The notes under the pieces: model-generated | Told to the model about the DNA's origin: nothing | The model's input: only the letters and a program-made list of their open reading frames with translations | Database searches by the model: none | Assembly: GCA_963814585.1 (NCBI GenBank) | Contig: CAWFDF010000012.1 | Span: 128,001-192,000, forward strand | Length of the DNA: 64,000 nucleotides | Source of the DNA: an uncultured delta proteobacterium | GTDB taxonomy: Bacteria > Myxococcota > Myxococcia > Myxococcales > Anaeromyxobacteraceae | Direction: 5' to 3' | Made by a program: the position numbers and the translations under genes | Shown: in pieces, positions 24,126-34,857 of the stretch | How the letters are laid out: every line of letters begins with the position of its first letter | How positions within the stretch are numbered: the first letter of the stretch is position 1

Positions 24126-25826
24126 ATGCTCCCCTTCGACGAGGTGACCACCCGGCTGCGGCTGGCCGAGGCCGGCCGGGGCACCTTCGTGGCCACCCCG
24201 TTTGGCCGGCGCCTGCTCACCTACGCCGACCAGACCGCCACCGGCCGATCGCTGGCCTTCGTCGAGGACGCGCTGGCAGGCGTCCGGCCGCTGTACGCCA
24301 ACACCCACACCGCCATCTCCACCACCGGCCGGGTCATGACCCGTTTGCGCGAGGAGTCCCGTGCCGCCATCGCCGCCGCGGTCCACGCCGGCCCCGACGA
24401 CGTGGTCCTCTTCACCGGCAGCGGCGCCACCGCCGCCGTCAACAAGCTGGTCGGGCTGCTCGGCCTGCGCATCGACGAGCCCCTGGAGCGGCGCTACCAC
24501 CTCTCCCGGGCCATCCCCGCCGCCGAGCGGCCGGTGGTGCTGGTCTCGCCCTACGAGCATCACTCCAACGAGCTCCCCTGGCTGGAGAGCGTGGCCGAGG
24601 TGGTGGAGGTCGCGCTCGGGCCCGACGGCCGGCTCGACCTCGGCGACCTCGACCGCAAGGCGCGCGCCTTCTCGTCTCGACCCCTCAAGGTCGGCGCCTT
24701 CTCGGCCGCCTCCAACGTGACCGGCGCCCTCACCGAGGTGCGGGCCGTGGCCGGCATCCTCCACGCCCACGGCTTCCTGGCCTGCGCCGACTACGCCGCC
24801 GCCGGCCCGTACGTCCCCATCGACATGCACCCGGCCGAACCGGAGGAGCGACTCGACGCCCTCTTCGTCTCCACCCACAAGTTCATCGGCGGCAGCGAGG
24901 GCTCGGGCGTGCTGGTGGCCCACCGCGACCTCTTCCGCACCCGCGTGCCGGAGCGGCCGGGCGGGGGCACCGTCGACTACGTGGCGGCGTTCGAGAGGCT
25001 CTCCGTCGACTACACCAGCCACCTCGCCGAGCGCGAGGAGGGCGGCACGCCCGACATCCTCGGCGACCTCCGCGCCGGCCTCGCCTTCCAGGTCAAGGCC
25101 GCGGCCGGTCCGGAGCGCATCCTGGCCCACGACCTGGCGCTGGGGGCGCAGGCGGTGGCACGCCTCTCCCACCACCCCCGCCTCACGCTCTACGGCCCGG
25201 CCGGGCCGCGCCTGCCCATCCTCTCCTTCAACATCGAGGGGCTGCACCACGACCTGGCCTCGGTGCTGCTCGACCACCTCTTCGGCATCCAGAACCGGGC
25301 CGGCTGCGGCTGCGCCGGCCCGTACGGCCACAAGCTGCTGGGCGTGGGCGAGGAGCGGAGCGCGCTCCACCGCCGGGCCATTGCCGCCGGCACCCTGGCC
25401 CTCAAGCCCGGCTGGGTGCGGCTCTCGCTGCCCTGGTACGCCACCCCGGACGAGGTGGAGTTCCTGCTGGCAGCGGTCGAGTTCCTCGCCGACCACGGCG
25501 AGGCCTTCGTCCCGCTCTACCGGCTGGGCTGGCGCGACGGGGTCTGGCACCACGTCGAAGGCGAGCCGCCCGATCCGGTGCCGCTCACCTTCGACCCCGA
25601 GGCGCTCCTGGAGGCGGCCGAGGGGCGGGCCCCCTGGCCTGCCGGCGAGACGCCGCTCGACGAGGCCGGCGCCGCGGCGCTGCGGGCGAGCTACCTCGCC
25701 GAGGCGAGGAGACTGGCGGGCGAGCTGGAGCCGCGCTGGCAGGACGCGCCGCCGCGCTGGAACCGGCCCACTGGCGACGCCTTCGTCGACGGGATGGTCT
25801 GGTTCAGGTACGTGCAGGCGGGGTAG
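24126..25826 (+). CDS. Class V PLP aminotransferase / cysteine desulfurase-like
   Basis: [24 protein letters not shown] (PLP Lys), [17 protein letters not shown]. Confidence 0.88.
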   Translation: MLPFDEVTTRLRLAEAGRGTFVATPFGRRLLTYADQTATGRSLAFVEDALAGVRPLYANTHTAISTTGRVMTRLREESRAAIAAAVHAGPDDVVLFTGSGATAAVNKLVGLLGLRIDEPLERRYHLSRAIPAAERPVVLVSPYEHHSNELPWLESVAEVVEVALGPDGRLDLGDLDRKARAFSSRPLKVGAFSAASNVTGALTEVRAVAGILHAHGFLACADYAAAGPYVPIDMHPAEPEERLDALFVSTHKFIGGSEGSGVLVAHRDLFRTRVPERPGGGTVDYVAAFERLSVDYTSHLAEREEGGTPDILGDLRAGLAFQVKAAAGPERILAHDLALGAQAVARLSHHPRLTLYGPAGPRLPILSFNIEGLHHDLASVLLDHLFGIQNRAGCGCAGPYGHKLLGVGEERSALHRRAIAAGTLALKPGWVRLSLPWYATPDEVEFLLAAVEFLADHGEAFVPLYRLGWRDGVWHHVEGEPPDPVPLTFDPEALLEAAEGRAPWPAGETPLDEAGAAALRASYLAEARRLAGELEPRWQDAPPRWNRPTGDAFVDGMVWFRYVQAG

Positions 25827-25895
25827 CGGGCGGGGCGGTCGGGCCCGTCGAGCGGCGGCGGCCCTCGATCGCTCCGTCGCGAAAGGTCGCCCAAC

Positions 25896-27137
<1,242 letters not shown>

Positions 27138-27176
27138 GCTGGCCTCCCCGGGTCCGATCTCCGCCGGGCGACTCTA

Positions 27177-27785
27177 TTACGGCTTCTTCTCCAGCGCCTT
27201 CTTCGAGGCGATGACCTCGTCGATGAGGCCGTAGGCCTTGGCCTCGGCGCCGCTCATCCAGTAGTCGCGGTCGGCGTCGTTCTCGATCCTCTCGAACGGC
27301 TGCCCGGTGTTGGCGGCCAGCAGCTCGTTGAGCCGCTTCTTGGTCTTGATGATCTCCTTGGCCTGGATCTCGATGTCGGTGGCCTGGCCGCCGGTCCCGC
27401 CCGACGGCTGGTGGATCATCACGCGGGCGTTGGGGAGCGCGAAGCGCTTGCCCTTGGCCCCGCCGGCCAGCAGGAAGGCGCCCATGGAGGCGGCCAGCCC
27501 GAGGCAGATGGTCGACACCTGCGGCTTCACGTACTGCATGGTGTCGTAGATGGCGAGGCCCGAGGAGACCGAGCCGCCCGGGCTGTTGATGTAGAGGCTG
27601 ATGTCCTTGTCGGGGTCCTCGGACTCGAGGAAGAGGAACTGGGCGATGATGACGTTGGCCACGTCGTCGTCCACCGGCGTGCCGAGGAAGACGATCCTAT
27701 CCTTGAGCAGCCGGCTGTAGATGTCGTAGCTCCGCTCGCCGCGGTGGGTCTGCTCGACGACGAACGGCATCGGGATGTAGGGCAT
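27177..27785 (-). CDS. clpP: Clp protease proteolytic subunit
   Basis: [28 protein letters not shown]. Confidence 0.98.
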   Translation of the reverse strand: MPYIPMPFVVEQTHRGERSYDIYSRLLKDRIVFLGTPVDDDVANVIIAQFLFLESEDPDKDISLYINSPGGSVSSGLAIYDTMQYVKPQVSTICLGLAASMGAFLLAGGAKGKRFALPNARVMIHQPSGGTGGQATDIEIQAKEIIKTKKRLNELLAANTGQPFERIENDADRDYWMSGAEAKAYGLIDEVIASKKALEKKP

Positions 27786-27801
27786 CTGACGCTGGCTCCC
27801 C

Positions 27802-29101
27802 TCAGGCCTGGCCGGCCGTGACGCTCGCCGCCTCGGCGAGCAGCGAGAGGGCCTTCTCCTCCCGCACCCTGCTTTCTAGCGCAGCCCGGGCTTCCGTGCT
27901 GCGCATCTGCTGCTGCACCTTGGCGAGGGGGACCCCGTTCTCCTCGGCCAGGCGGGCCAGCTCGGCCTGCAGGTCCTCGGCCACCACCTCGATCTTCTCC
28001 GCCGTGGCCACCGCCTCGAGCAGCAGGCTGCCGCGCACCTGGAGGAGGGCCTGCTCGCGCAGGTCGGCGCGCAGCCGGGCCACGTCGAGGTCGAGCTGGG
28101 CGACGTCGAGCCCCATCCGGGCGAACCGGTCCACGGTCCCCTCCAGCATGTTGTCGATGGTCCGCTCCACCATCGAGGGCGGCACCTCGAAGTCGTTCCG
28201 GGCCAGCGCCGCCTTGATGAGCGCGTCCTTGAACTCGCCGTCGGCCTTGCGCTTCTCTCGCTTCTCGAGATCCGAGCGGATGCGCCCCTTGAGCGCCTCG
28301 AGCGTCTCCAGCCCCTCGACGCCGACCTGCCTGGCGAAGTCGTCGTCCAGCGCCGGGAGGTGGCGCTCCTGCAGGCCGCGCAGCATCACCTTCATGTGGG
28401 TGGTCTTGCCGCGGAGCTGCTCGTTGCGGTGATCGGCGGCGAACGGCTCGTCGAACTCGACGGTGTCGCCCACCTTCCGGCCCACCAGCTGGGGGATGTT
28501 CCCGGCCTCGATCTTCCCGGCCGCGGCCCGGACGCTCACGCCCTGCGCCGCGCCCCCCTCGAACGGCTTCCCGTCGATGGTCCCCTCGTGGTCGATCAGG
28601 GCCCAGTCGCCCTCGGCGGCGACGTCGCGCCCCTCGAGCGGCTTCAGCGAGCCGAAGCGTTCGCGCAGCTTCTCCAGCTCGGCGTCGACCTGCCCGTCGG
28701 TCACCACCGGCGCGGCCCGGGTCACCGAGAGACCGCGGTAGTCCTTCGGCGCGATGGCCGGCCGGACCTCGACCTTGGCCGAGTACCTGAAGGTGGCGCC
28801 GGGGACCAGCGGGCCGTCCAGGGACACGTTGGGCGTGGCCACCGGCTCGATCCCCTGCTCCTGCGCCGCCTCCACGAAGGTCAGGTTGACGAGCCGCTCG
28901 GCCACGTCGCGCTCCACCTCGGATCTTGAAGTTGCGCTCCAGCACGGCGCGGGGGATGTGGCCCGGGCGGAAGCCCGGCAGCTTGGCGCGGCGGCCCACG
29001 CCGAGGTAGGCCTTGTCGAGCTCCCGGGCGACGCGCTCTGGCGGGACTTCGACGGTGAGCTTGCGCTCGACGGGGGAGAGGGTCTCGACGTTGATCTTCA
29101 T
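27802..29101 (-). CDS. tig: Trigger factor, one +1 insertion near 28922 (probably artefactual)
   Basis: N-terminus with PGFRPGHIP in one frame. FKBP domain (IDGKPFEGG) and C-domain in the other. Upstream of clpP. Confidence 0.92.
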
Positions 29102-29131
29102 GATGTTCCTTCGGAAACGGGAAAGCGGGTA

Positions 29132-29160
29132 GACCTACGCGGCGAGCGCGGCCGGGTCAA
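29132..29160 (-). promoter_or_regulatory. Putative sigma-70 promoter of tig
   Basis: TTGACC-N17-TAGGTC on the minus strand, about 30 bp upstream of ATG 29101. Confidence 0.45.
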
Positions 29161-29167
29161 GGCCAAA

Positions 29168-29249
29168 TGGGCGGGGAGGGAGTCGAACCCTCACGCCTTT
29201 CGGTACGGGATCCTAAGTCCCGCGCGTCTGCCAGTTCCGCCACCCGCCC
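29168..29249 (-). tRNA. tRNA-Leu(TAG)
   Basis: GGGCGGG acceptor, anticodon arm CGGGA-CTTAGGA-TCCCG, long variable arm, GGTTCGACTCC. CCA not encoded. Confidence 0.95.
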
Positions 29250-29324
29250 GTGTGGGGGCGACGGTGGTGTACCACACGACCGGACCTGACGACTCGCGGA
29301 CGGGGTGGTAGATGGGAGGCTCGG

Positions 29325-29729
29325 ATGAGCGCCCACGACCACCCGCCCGAGGGAGCCTGCACGCCGGCCTGTCCGGGCTGGGCCGAGGGGGCCATCGAGC
29401 TCTTCGCGGTGCAGCGACGGTACGAGGACATGCTGGCCGCCTGCCGGGCCGCCGCCCACGTCGAGTGCCTGATCGTGGCCCCCGAGACGCCGGGCGCCGA
29501 GCTGCCGGACTACCTCGCCGAGGAGCCGCTGGTCCGGCTCAACCTGGTGGTGGGTCGCGACTGCCCCGAGGTGATGCTCGACGAGTGGGGCGTCCACGTC
29601 GCCCTCACCTTCCGCGGCCGCCGCCGCGACTGCGCCTTCCCCTGGGAGGCGGTCATGGCCGGCGTCCTGGCGGCGCCGGCGCGCCCCAGGCCCCGCTTCG
29701 CCGTCATCGACGGCGGGCGCCGGGACTGA
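29325..29729 (+). CDS. SspB-like ClpXP adaptor
   Basis: Core LPDYL...VRLNL...DEWGVHVALTFRG...PWEAV and C-terminal RPRFAVIDGG. GGAGG RBS. Lies next to tig-clpPX. Confidence 0.65.
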   Translation: MSAHDHPPEGACTPACPGWAEGAIELFAVQRRYEDMLAACRAAAHVECLIVAPETPGAELPDYLAEEPLVRLNLVVGRDCPEVMLDEWGVHVALTFRGRRRDCAFPWEAVMAGVLAAPARPRPRFAVIDGGRRD

Positions 29730-29942
29730 GCTCCCCCCCGGCGCCCGGCCTTCCGCCTCTCCCCGACGCCAGGCCGGCCCTGGACGTGGGTCAAGGCCGC
29801 CCTCGGGCGGCGGTGACCCCTCCTCGCTTCTCCGCTCCGCCTGCGACGAATTGGCTCGCGCCCCGTTGGACCGGCCTCTCGCCCGGGGTGCCGCGGGGAT
29901 ACTGGCGCCATCCAACGCGGCCAGCCGGCCAGGAGCGTCGAC

Positions 29943-31604
29943 ATGAAGCAGGCTTCGAAGCGCACGCCCGTCTCGGTGGTGAGGCTCCCGCACGGCGAGG
30001 CGCTCCTCCACGACCCGCTGCTCAACAAGGGGACGGCCTTCACCGAGGCCGAGCGGGCCGCCCTCGGGCTTCGTGGGCTGCTGCCACCGCACGTCCACAC
30101 CCTGGAGGAGCAGTCGGCGCGCGTCCTGGACAACTACCGCAACAAGCAGACCGACCTGGAGCGCTACATCCACCTGGTCAGCCTGCAGGACCGGAACGAG
30201 ACCCTCTTCTACAAGGTGGTGGGCGACCACATCGAGGAGATGATGCCCATCATCTACACCCCCACCGTCGGCCAGGCCTGCCAGCAGTGGGGCCACCTCT
30301 TCCGCCGCCCGCGCGGCCTGTACGTCTCCTGGAACGACCGCGGCTCGGTGGCGGAGCTGCTGCGCAACTGGCCGGGCCGGGACGTGCGCGTCATCGTGGT
30401 GACCGACGGCGAGCGCATCCTCGGGCTCGGCGACCAGGGCGTGGGCGGGATGGGGATCCCGGTCGGCAAGCTCTCCCTCTACACCGCCTGCGCGGGGATC
30501 GACCCGGCCACCTGCCTGCCGGTGATGCTGGACGTCGGCACCGAGAACGAGGGCTACCTGCGCGACCCGCTCTACCTGGGCCTGCGCCAGCGGCGGGTGC
30601 GCGGCCCCGAGTACGACGCCCTGGTGGCCGAGTTCATCACCGCGGTGGGCGAGGTGTTCCCGGGGGCGCTCATCCAGTTCGAGGACTTCGCCAACATCAA
30701 CGCCTTCCGGCTGCTGGCGCAGTGGCGCGACAAGGTCTGCACCTTCAACGACGACATGCAGGGGACGGCGGCGGTGACGCTGGCCGGGATCTACTCGGCG
30801 CTGCGGCTGACTGGCCGGAAGCTGCGCGAGCAGACCATCCTCTTCCTGGGCGCCGGCGAGGCCGGCGTGGGCATCGGCGACCTGATGGTCTCGGCCATGG
30901 TGGACGAGGGGGCGACGCTGGCGGAGGCGCGCCGGCGCTGCTGGTTCGTCGACTCCCAGGGGCTGGTGGTGAAGGGCCGCGAGGGGCTGGCCGAGCACAA
31001 GCTCCGCTTCGCCCATGACGCGCCGGGCGCGCCGGACCTCAAGTCGGCGCTGGAGGTCCTCGAGCCCACCGCGCTCATCGGCGTCTCCACCATCGCCCGG
31101 TCCTTCGACCAGGCGGTGGTCGAGGCCATGAGCCGCCTCAACGCCCGGCCCATCATCTTCGCCCTGTCCAACCCCACCTCGAAGGCCGAGTGCACCGCCG
31201 AGGAGGCCTACGGCTGGTCGAAGGGCACGGCCATCTACGCCAGCGGCAGCCCGTTCCCACCCTGCGTGGTGGGCGGGCGGACCTTCGTCTCCGGCCAGGG
31301 GAACAACTCCTACATCTTCCCCGGCGTGGGGCTGGGCGTGGTGGCCAGCCAGGCCCGCCACGTCACCGACCAGATGTTCGCCGCGGCGGCGCGGACCCTG
31401 GCGTCGCTGGTGCTGCCCGCCGACCTGGAGATGGGGCGCATCTACCCGTCGCTCACCCGCATCCGCGAGGTCTCGGCCCACATCGGGGCCGCGGTGGCCG
31501 AGGTGGCCTTCCAGGGCGGACTGGCCCGGGTGCCTCGCCCCGACGACGTGCTCGGCCTGGTGAAGTCGGCGATGTGGACGCCGAGGTACCGGGAGTACGT
31601 CTGA
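29943..31604 (+). CDS. maeA: NAD(P)-dependent malic enzyme (MaeA/SfcA type)
   Basis: NKGTAFT, PIIYTPTVG, TDGERILGLGD, QFEDF, FNDDMQGT, GAGEAG, ALSNPT, GQGNN. Confidence 0.94.
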   Translation: MKQASKRTPVSVVRLPHGEALLHDPLLNKGTAFTEAERAALGLRGLLPPHVHTLEEQSARVLDNYRNKQTDLERYIHLVSLQDRNETLFYKVVGDHIEEMMPIIYTPTVGQACQQWGHLFRRPRGLYVSWNDRGSVAELLRNWPGRDVRVIVVTDGERILGLGDQGVGGMGIPVGKLSLYTACAGIDPATCLPVMLDVGTENEGYLRDPLYLGLRQRRVRGPEYDALVAEFITAVGEVFPGALIQFEDFANINAFRLLAQWRDKVCTFNDDMQGTAAVTLAGIYSALRLTGRKLREQTILFLGAGEAGVGIGDLMVSAMVDEGATLAEARRRCWFVDSQGLVVKGREGLAEHKLRFAHDAPGAPDLKSALEVLEPTALIGVSTIARSFDQAVVEAMSRLNARPIIFALSNPTSKAECTAEEAYGWSKGTAIYASGSPFPPCVVGGRTFVSGQGNNSYIFPGVGLGVVASQARHVTDQMFAAAARTLASLVLPADLEMGRIYPSLTRIREVSAHIGAAVAEVAFQGGLARVPRPDDVLGLVKSAMWTPRYREYV

Positions 31605-31610
31605 CCGAGT

Positions 31611-32324
31611 TCAGCTCCGGCGCCGACGCCGGCCGGGCGAGCCGCGGGAGCTGGCGTTCCGCAGCCGCTCCCTCGACCACCACCACCACCTCCGCTGCGG
31701 CGCCGGCAGGCCCGGATCCCGCGCCTGCGCCACGGCGCAGGAGAAGGTGTCGAGCACGCAGGGGTCCTGCCGGACGCCGGTGAGCCGGCCGAGGCGGTCG
31801 TAGAGCGCCTGCGGCTCCTGGCGCGCCAGGGCGGCCACGTCGGGCACCTCGAGCAGCCGGAGATCGGCCAGCATGGCCGGGCCGATGCCATCGAGGTCGG
31901 CGAGGGCCCGGTCATCGGCGCCGCGGCGGGCCGCGCGGCCCCTCGAGCGGCCGGCCCCAGGGCCCCGCAGGCCGGCCGCCTGCCGGAGGAGCGCGGCCAG
32001 CGCCCGCGCGCGGAGCTCCTCGGCCGTGCGGATGACCACGTGCCGGACCTGCCTGCCGGTCCCCTCGAGCAGGCGGCCGGGATCGTCGAGGACGGCGCCG
32101 CGCTCGAAGCCGATGCGGACGTGGTCCTTCATGGGCGCCACGTAGGCAAAGTAGGCCGGAGCGTCGTAGCCGATGAGCCCCCAGCCCGCGCGGAGCCGCT
32201 CGTTGGCGCCCGGCACGGCGGCGACGACGCGCCGCCTGGCCGCCTCGACCAGCCGCCTGACCCGTGGCGTACACCTCGCCATGAGGTCGTCCACAGAGGC
32301 GACGCGGTAGGAAGGGAAGGTCAT
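31611..32324 (-). CDS. Two-domain protein: DUF1801 (YdhG-like) plus Cdd1/helix-hairpin-helix domain
   Basis: N-part HVRIGFERGAVLDDPGRLLEGTGRQVRHV. C-part LDGIGPAMLADL...QDPCVLDTF...WWWWS. One frame with no internal stop. Confidence 0.65.
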   Translation of the reverse strand: MTFPSYRVASVDDLMARCTPRVRRLVEAARRRVVAAVPGANERLRAGWGLIGYDAPAYFAYVAPMKDHVRIGFERGAVLDDPGRLLEGTGRQVRHVVIRTAEELRARALAALLRQAAGLRGPGAGRSRGRAARRGADDRALADLDGIGPAMLADLRLLEVPDVAALARQEPQALYDRLGRLTGVRQDPCVLDTFSCAVAQARDPGLPAPQRRWWWWSRERLRNASSRGSPGRRRRRS

Positions 32325-32480
32325 GGGGCGCCTCCAGCGGTGCATCCTGCCACGGGCCGTCGGCGGCGTCAGCGTGATGCGGGGTCGGGTCGAGCGGAGG
32401 CCGCCGTGGCGCATCAGGCCGGCGGGGACCGGCCGGCGCGCTGGAGCGCCCGGCCTCGCGGGGACCAGGCGGTCCCACCG

Positions 32481-32519
32481 GCGAAGCGGCGATCCACGGA
32501 CCCGGGATCGCCGCCTCGC
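32481..32519. terminator. Strong GC-rich inverted repeat downstream of the DUF6448-like gene
   Basis: gcgaagcggcgatcc-N9-ggatcgccgcctcgc (15-bp arms, one mismatch). No clear U-tract. Confidence 0.45.
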
Positions 32520-32571
32520 TTCGAGGTCGCCGGGGCTGACCGAGGGAAGGGCGCCGCGGGAGCGGGGCCTC

Positions 32572-33207
32572 TCAGTGCTTGCCGTGCGGGCAGGCCGGGG
32601 CCGGCTCGCCGGCCGCGTGCTTCTCGGCGCCCGGCTCGGGGTGGGCAGCGGCTCCGCCGCTGGCCGCCTGGTGGACCCCGTCGACCCAGTGGACGTAGGG
32701 GACGTACGCCTCCACCCATTCGCGCCCGGCGGCCACGTCCTCACCGGGCTGCGGGCGGCCGGCGAGGCGAGAGAAGCGCTGCCCGAGCCCCTTCTTGACC
32801 GTCTCGACGAGGAGCTTCTCGACCTCATCGCTGGACCGCCTGTCGATCGATCGATCGGCCGCCGGGATGGCCGGCCCCATGTCCTGCCCGGCCGGCTTGA
32901 GGCCGGTGTAGGGCGCCCCCTCGCCGGCGCGGTGGACCCGGACCACGGTCTCGAAGAAGTGCCGGTCGGCCAGCTCCCGGGCTTCGGGGCCGAGCTTGCG
33001 GACGGCGCGGGCGTGGGTGAAGACGGCCTTGATCTCCGCCTCGTCCCCGGCGCGGACCCAGGCGAGGACGGGGTTCAGCTTCCCGGTCTCGAGGGCCGTG
33101 CGGGCGGACTTGACCACCGGACCGTCGAGGGCGTCGCAGTGCGCCAGCGCGGCGGCCGGGGCACCGAGGATGGAGAGGGCAACCAGCATCACGAGTCGAT
33201 TGGACAT
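32572..33207 (-). CDS. Exported DUF6448-like protein, mature N-terminus HCDALDG
   Basis: Signal peptide ending ALA, then HCDALDGPVV and FFETVVRVHRAGEGAPYTGLKP. His-containing tail. GGAG RBS. Confidence 0.75.
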   Translation of the reverse strand: MSNRLVMLVALSILGAPAAALAHCDALDGPVVKSARTALETGKLNPVLAWVRAGDEAEIKAVFTHARAVRKLGPEARELADRHFFETVVRVHRAGEGAPYTGLKPAGQDMGPAIPAADRSIDRRSSDEVEKLLVETVKKGLGQRFSRLAGRPQPGEDVAAGREWVEAYVPYVHWVDGVHQAASGGAAAHPEPGAEKHAAGEPAPACPHGKH

Positions 33208-33289
33208 GATCACTCCTGGGTTGGGTTGGACTCGAAGGGGACAGCAGCGAGAGGCAACAACGGCATGAGCGGCTCCCTGGGGCGAGGCA

Positions 33290-33952
33290 CTAGCGCACCA
33301 GCCGCCGGATCAGGCCATCCAGGTCCCTGGGCGAGAGCCCGGCGTCGAGGAGCACCGCACCCCAGGTCGCCTTCCCGGAGCGGACGTGGACCACGAGCGG
33401 CGCGGTCGGCGCCGAGAGGTGGGCGGCCAGCGCCGAGGCCAGGATCCGCTCCTCGGGCGAGGCCCCGGCGTCGCGAAGCGTCTTCACCTCGGCCGGGGAG
33501 ACGCGGAGGCGAGTCACCAGCACCTCGTCGACCGCCAGGCCGGCCAGGGCCCGGCTGTCGGCCCCGCCGGCGAGCGCCGCCGCGAAGGTCGCGTCGAGGC
33601 CGGGCCGCCCCGACAGGGCGGCCGCCCAGCTCCCTCGCTCCTGGTAGAGGGCGAGGAGCGCCGCCTGGGACCGGCCCGTCCGGGCCGAGGCGTGCCAGGC
33701 CACCCACTGATCCTCCGCCGCCGTCCCGGTCATCGCGGCGCTCACCAGCGAGCGCTTGTCGACGCCGGAGGCGGCGGAGAGGAGCGAGCTCCGCGCCGTG
33801 GCGAGGATGTAGGGATCGGCCGCTGCCGGCCGCTCCGGATCGAAGGTCCGGTCCTGGTAGCAGTGGCAGGCGACGGTCGGCGCCGCGAGGGAGGCGACGG
33901 GAGCGACCGCCGCGAGCGCCAGGGCGAGGACGAGTGCGGCGTGGCTGGGCAT
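33290..33952 (-). CDS. Exported hypothetical protein with N-terminal CHC motif
   Basis: Signal peptide, then VACHCYQDRTFDP. GAGG RBS. Co-oriented within the operon. Confidence 0.7.
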   Translation of the reverse strand: MPSHAALVLALALAAVAPVASLAAPTVACHCYQDRTFDPERPAAADPYILATARSSLLSAASGVDKRSLVSAAMTGTAAEDQWVAWHASARTGRSQAALLALYQERGSWAAALSGRPGLDATFAAALAGGADSRALAGLAVDEVLVTRLRVSPAEVKTLRDAGASPEERILASALAAHLSAPTAPLVVHVRSGKATWGAVLLDAGLSPRDLDGLIRRLVR

Positions 33953-33983
33953 GGCGGCTCTGCCTCGGGTGGTGGCGGTGGGC

Positions 33984-34223
33984 CTATCCCGCCCGCGTGA
34001 AGGTGGTCAGGAACTCATCGGGCCCGGTCTGCCTGGTGGAGGCCGTCACGCCCAGCGCGCCGGTCCGCTCCAGGAGGTGGCCCGGGACGTGCGGCGTGAC
34101 CAGCTCGTAGGCCTCGCCGGGGCCCAGCCCGGAGAGATCCTGGAGCACCTGCTCGACCGGGTGGATGCCGGCGGCCTTGAGCGGCCGGGCGTCGAGCCGC
34201 TTCACCACGCGCGGCCCGCTCAC
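33984..34223 (-). CDS. Small DUF2249-like protein
   Basis: LDARPL...HPVEQVL...L.PGEAYELVTPHVP. GTGA overlap with the cupin stop codon. Confidence 0.65.
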   Translation of the reverse strand: MSGPRVVKRLDARPLKAAGIHPVEQVLQDLSGLGPGEAYELVTPHVPGHLLERTGALGVTASTRQTGPDEFLTTFTRAG

Positions 34224-34585
34224 GCCGGCCTCAGCTGGCGCACCATGGTGAGGAGCATCTTGAAGCGGGTGCGCGCCCTCACCGCGTGCGGGACGCTGGC
34301 GGGCATGAGCACCGTCTCGCCGGCGCGCGCCACCACGGGCTGGCCGCCGATCACCAGCTCCACCTCGCCGTCGAGCACCTCGACCAGGGCGTCGAACGGC
34401 GCGGCGTGCTCGGAGAGCTCCTGGCCGGCGTCGAAGGAGAAGAGCGTCACCGAGCCGCCGTTGGCCTTGGCCAGCGCGCGGCTCACCACCGCCCCGGGGG
34501 CGTAGTCGAGGAGCGTCGCCAGGCGCACCGGCTGGGCGGGAGGAAGCGCCGCGGGGTCGATCACGTTCAGTCCTGGAGCTGCCAT
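34220..34585 (-). CDS. Cupin-domain protein
   Basis: VTLFSFDAGQELSEHAAPFDA and MPASVPHAV. Confidence 0.88.
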   Translation of the reverse strand: MAAPGLNVIDPAALPPAQPVRLATLLDYAPGAVVSRALAKANGGSVTLFSFDAGQELSEHAAPFDALVEVLDGEVELVIGGQPVVARAGETVLMPASVPHAVRARTRFKMLLTMVRQLRPA

Positions 34586-34657
34586 GTGGCACGGTCCTTC
34601 CGCCCGCGCCGTGACCCCGAAATGGGAGACCGACGGCGGCGCGCTGCAGTGGTCATG

Positions 34658-34673
34658 AGCAAGAACCCAGCCA
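34658..34673 (-). promoter_or_regulatory. Putative sigma-54 (-24/-12) promoter of the cupin operon
   Basis: TGGCTGGGTTCTTGCT (GG-N10-GC with TTGC), 72 bp upstream of ATG 34585. Confidence 0.6.
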
Positions 34674-34857
34674 GCCAGAAGGACCCAGGTTCCGGGGACA
34701 TCCGGCAGGTCGAGCCACCGCTCCACCGGAATCTGGGTGAAACGCCAACCGTGGGCCGGTGCGCTCGGCCGTTCAGGGGAGCGGGAACTCGGGGACTCAA
34801 GGCGACCCTGACCTGGCCCGAGCCCGCCGAAGCAGGGATTGGCCCAGGGGAGCGGCG

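Noticed and set aside
34674..34857. Riboswitch or ncRNA in intergenic regions (also 20430-20736 and 35314-35563)
   Set aside because: Only generic GC hairpins and no family motif I can recognise. An Rfam/Infernal scan would be needed.
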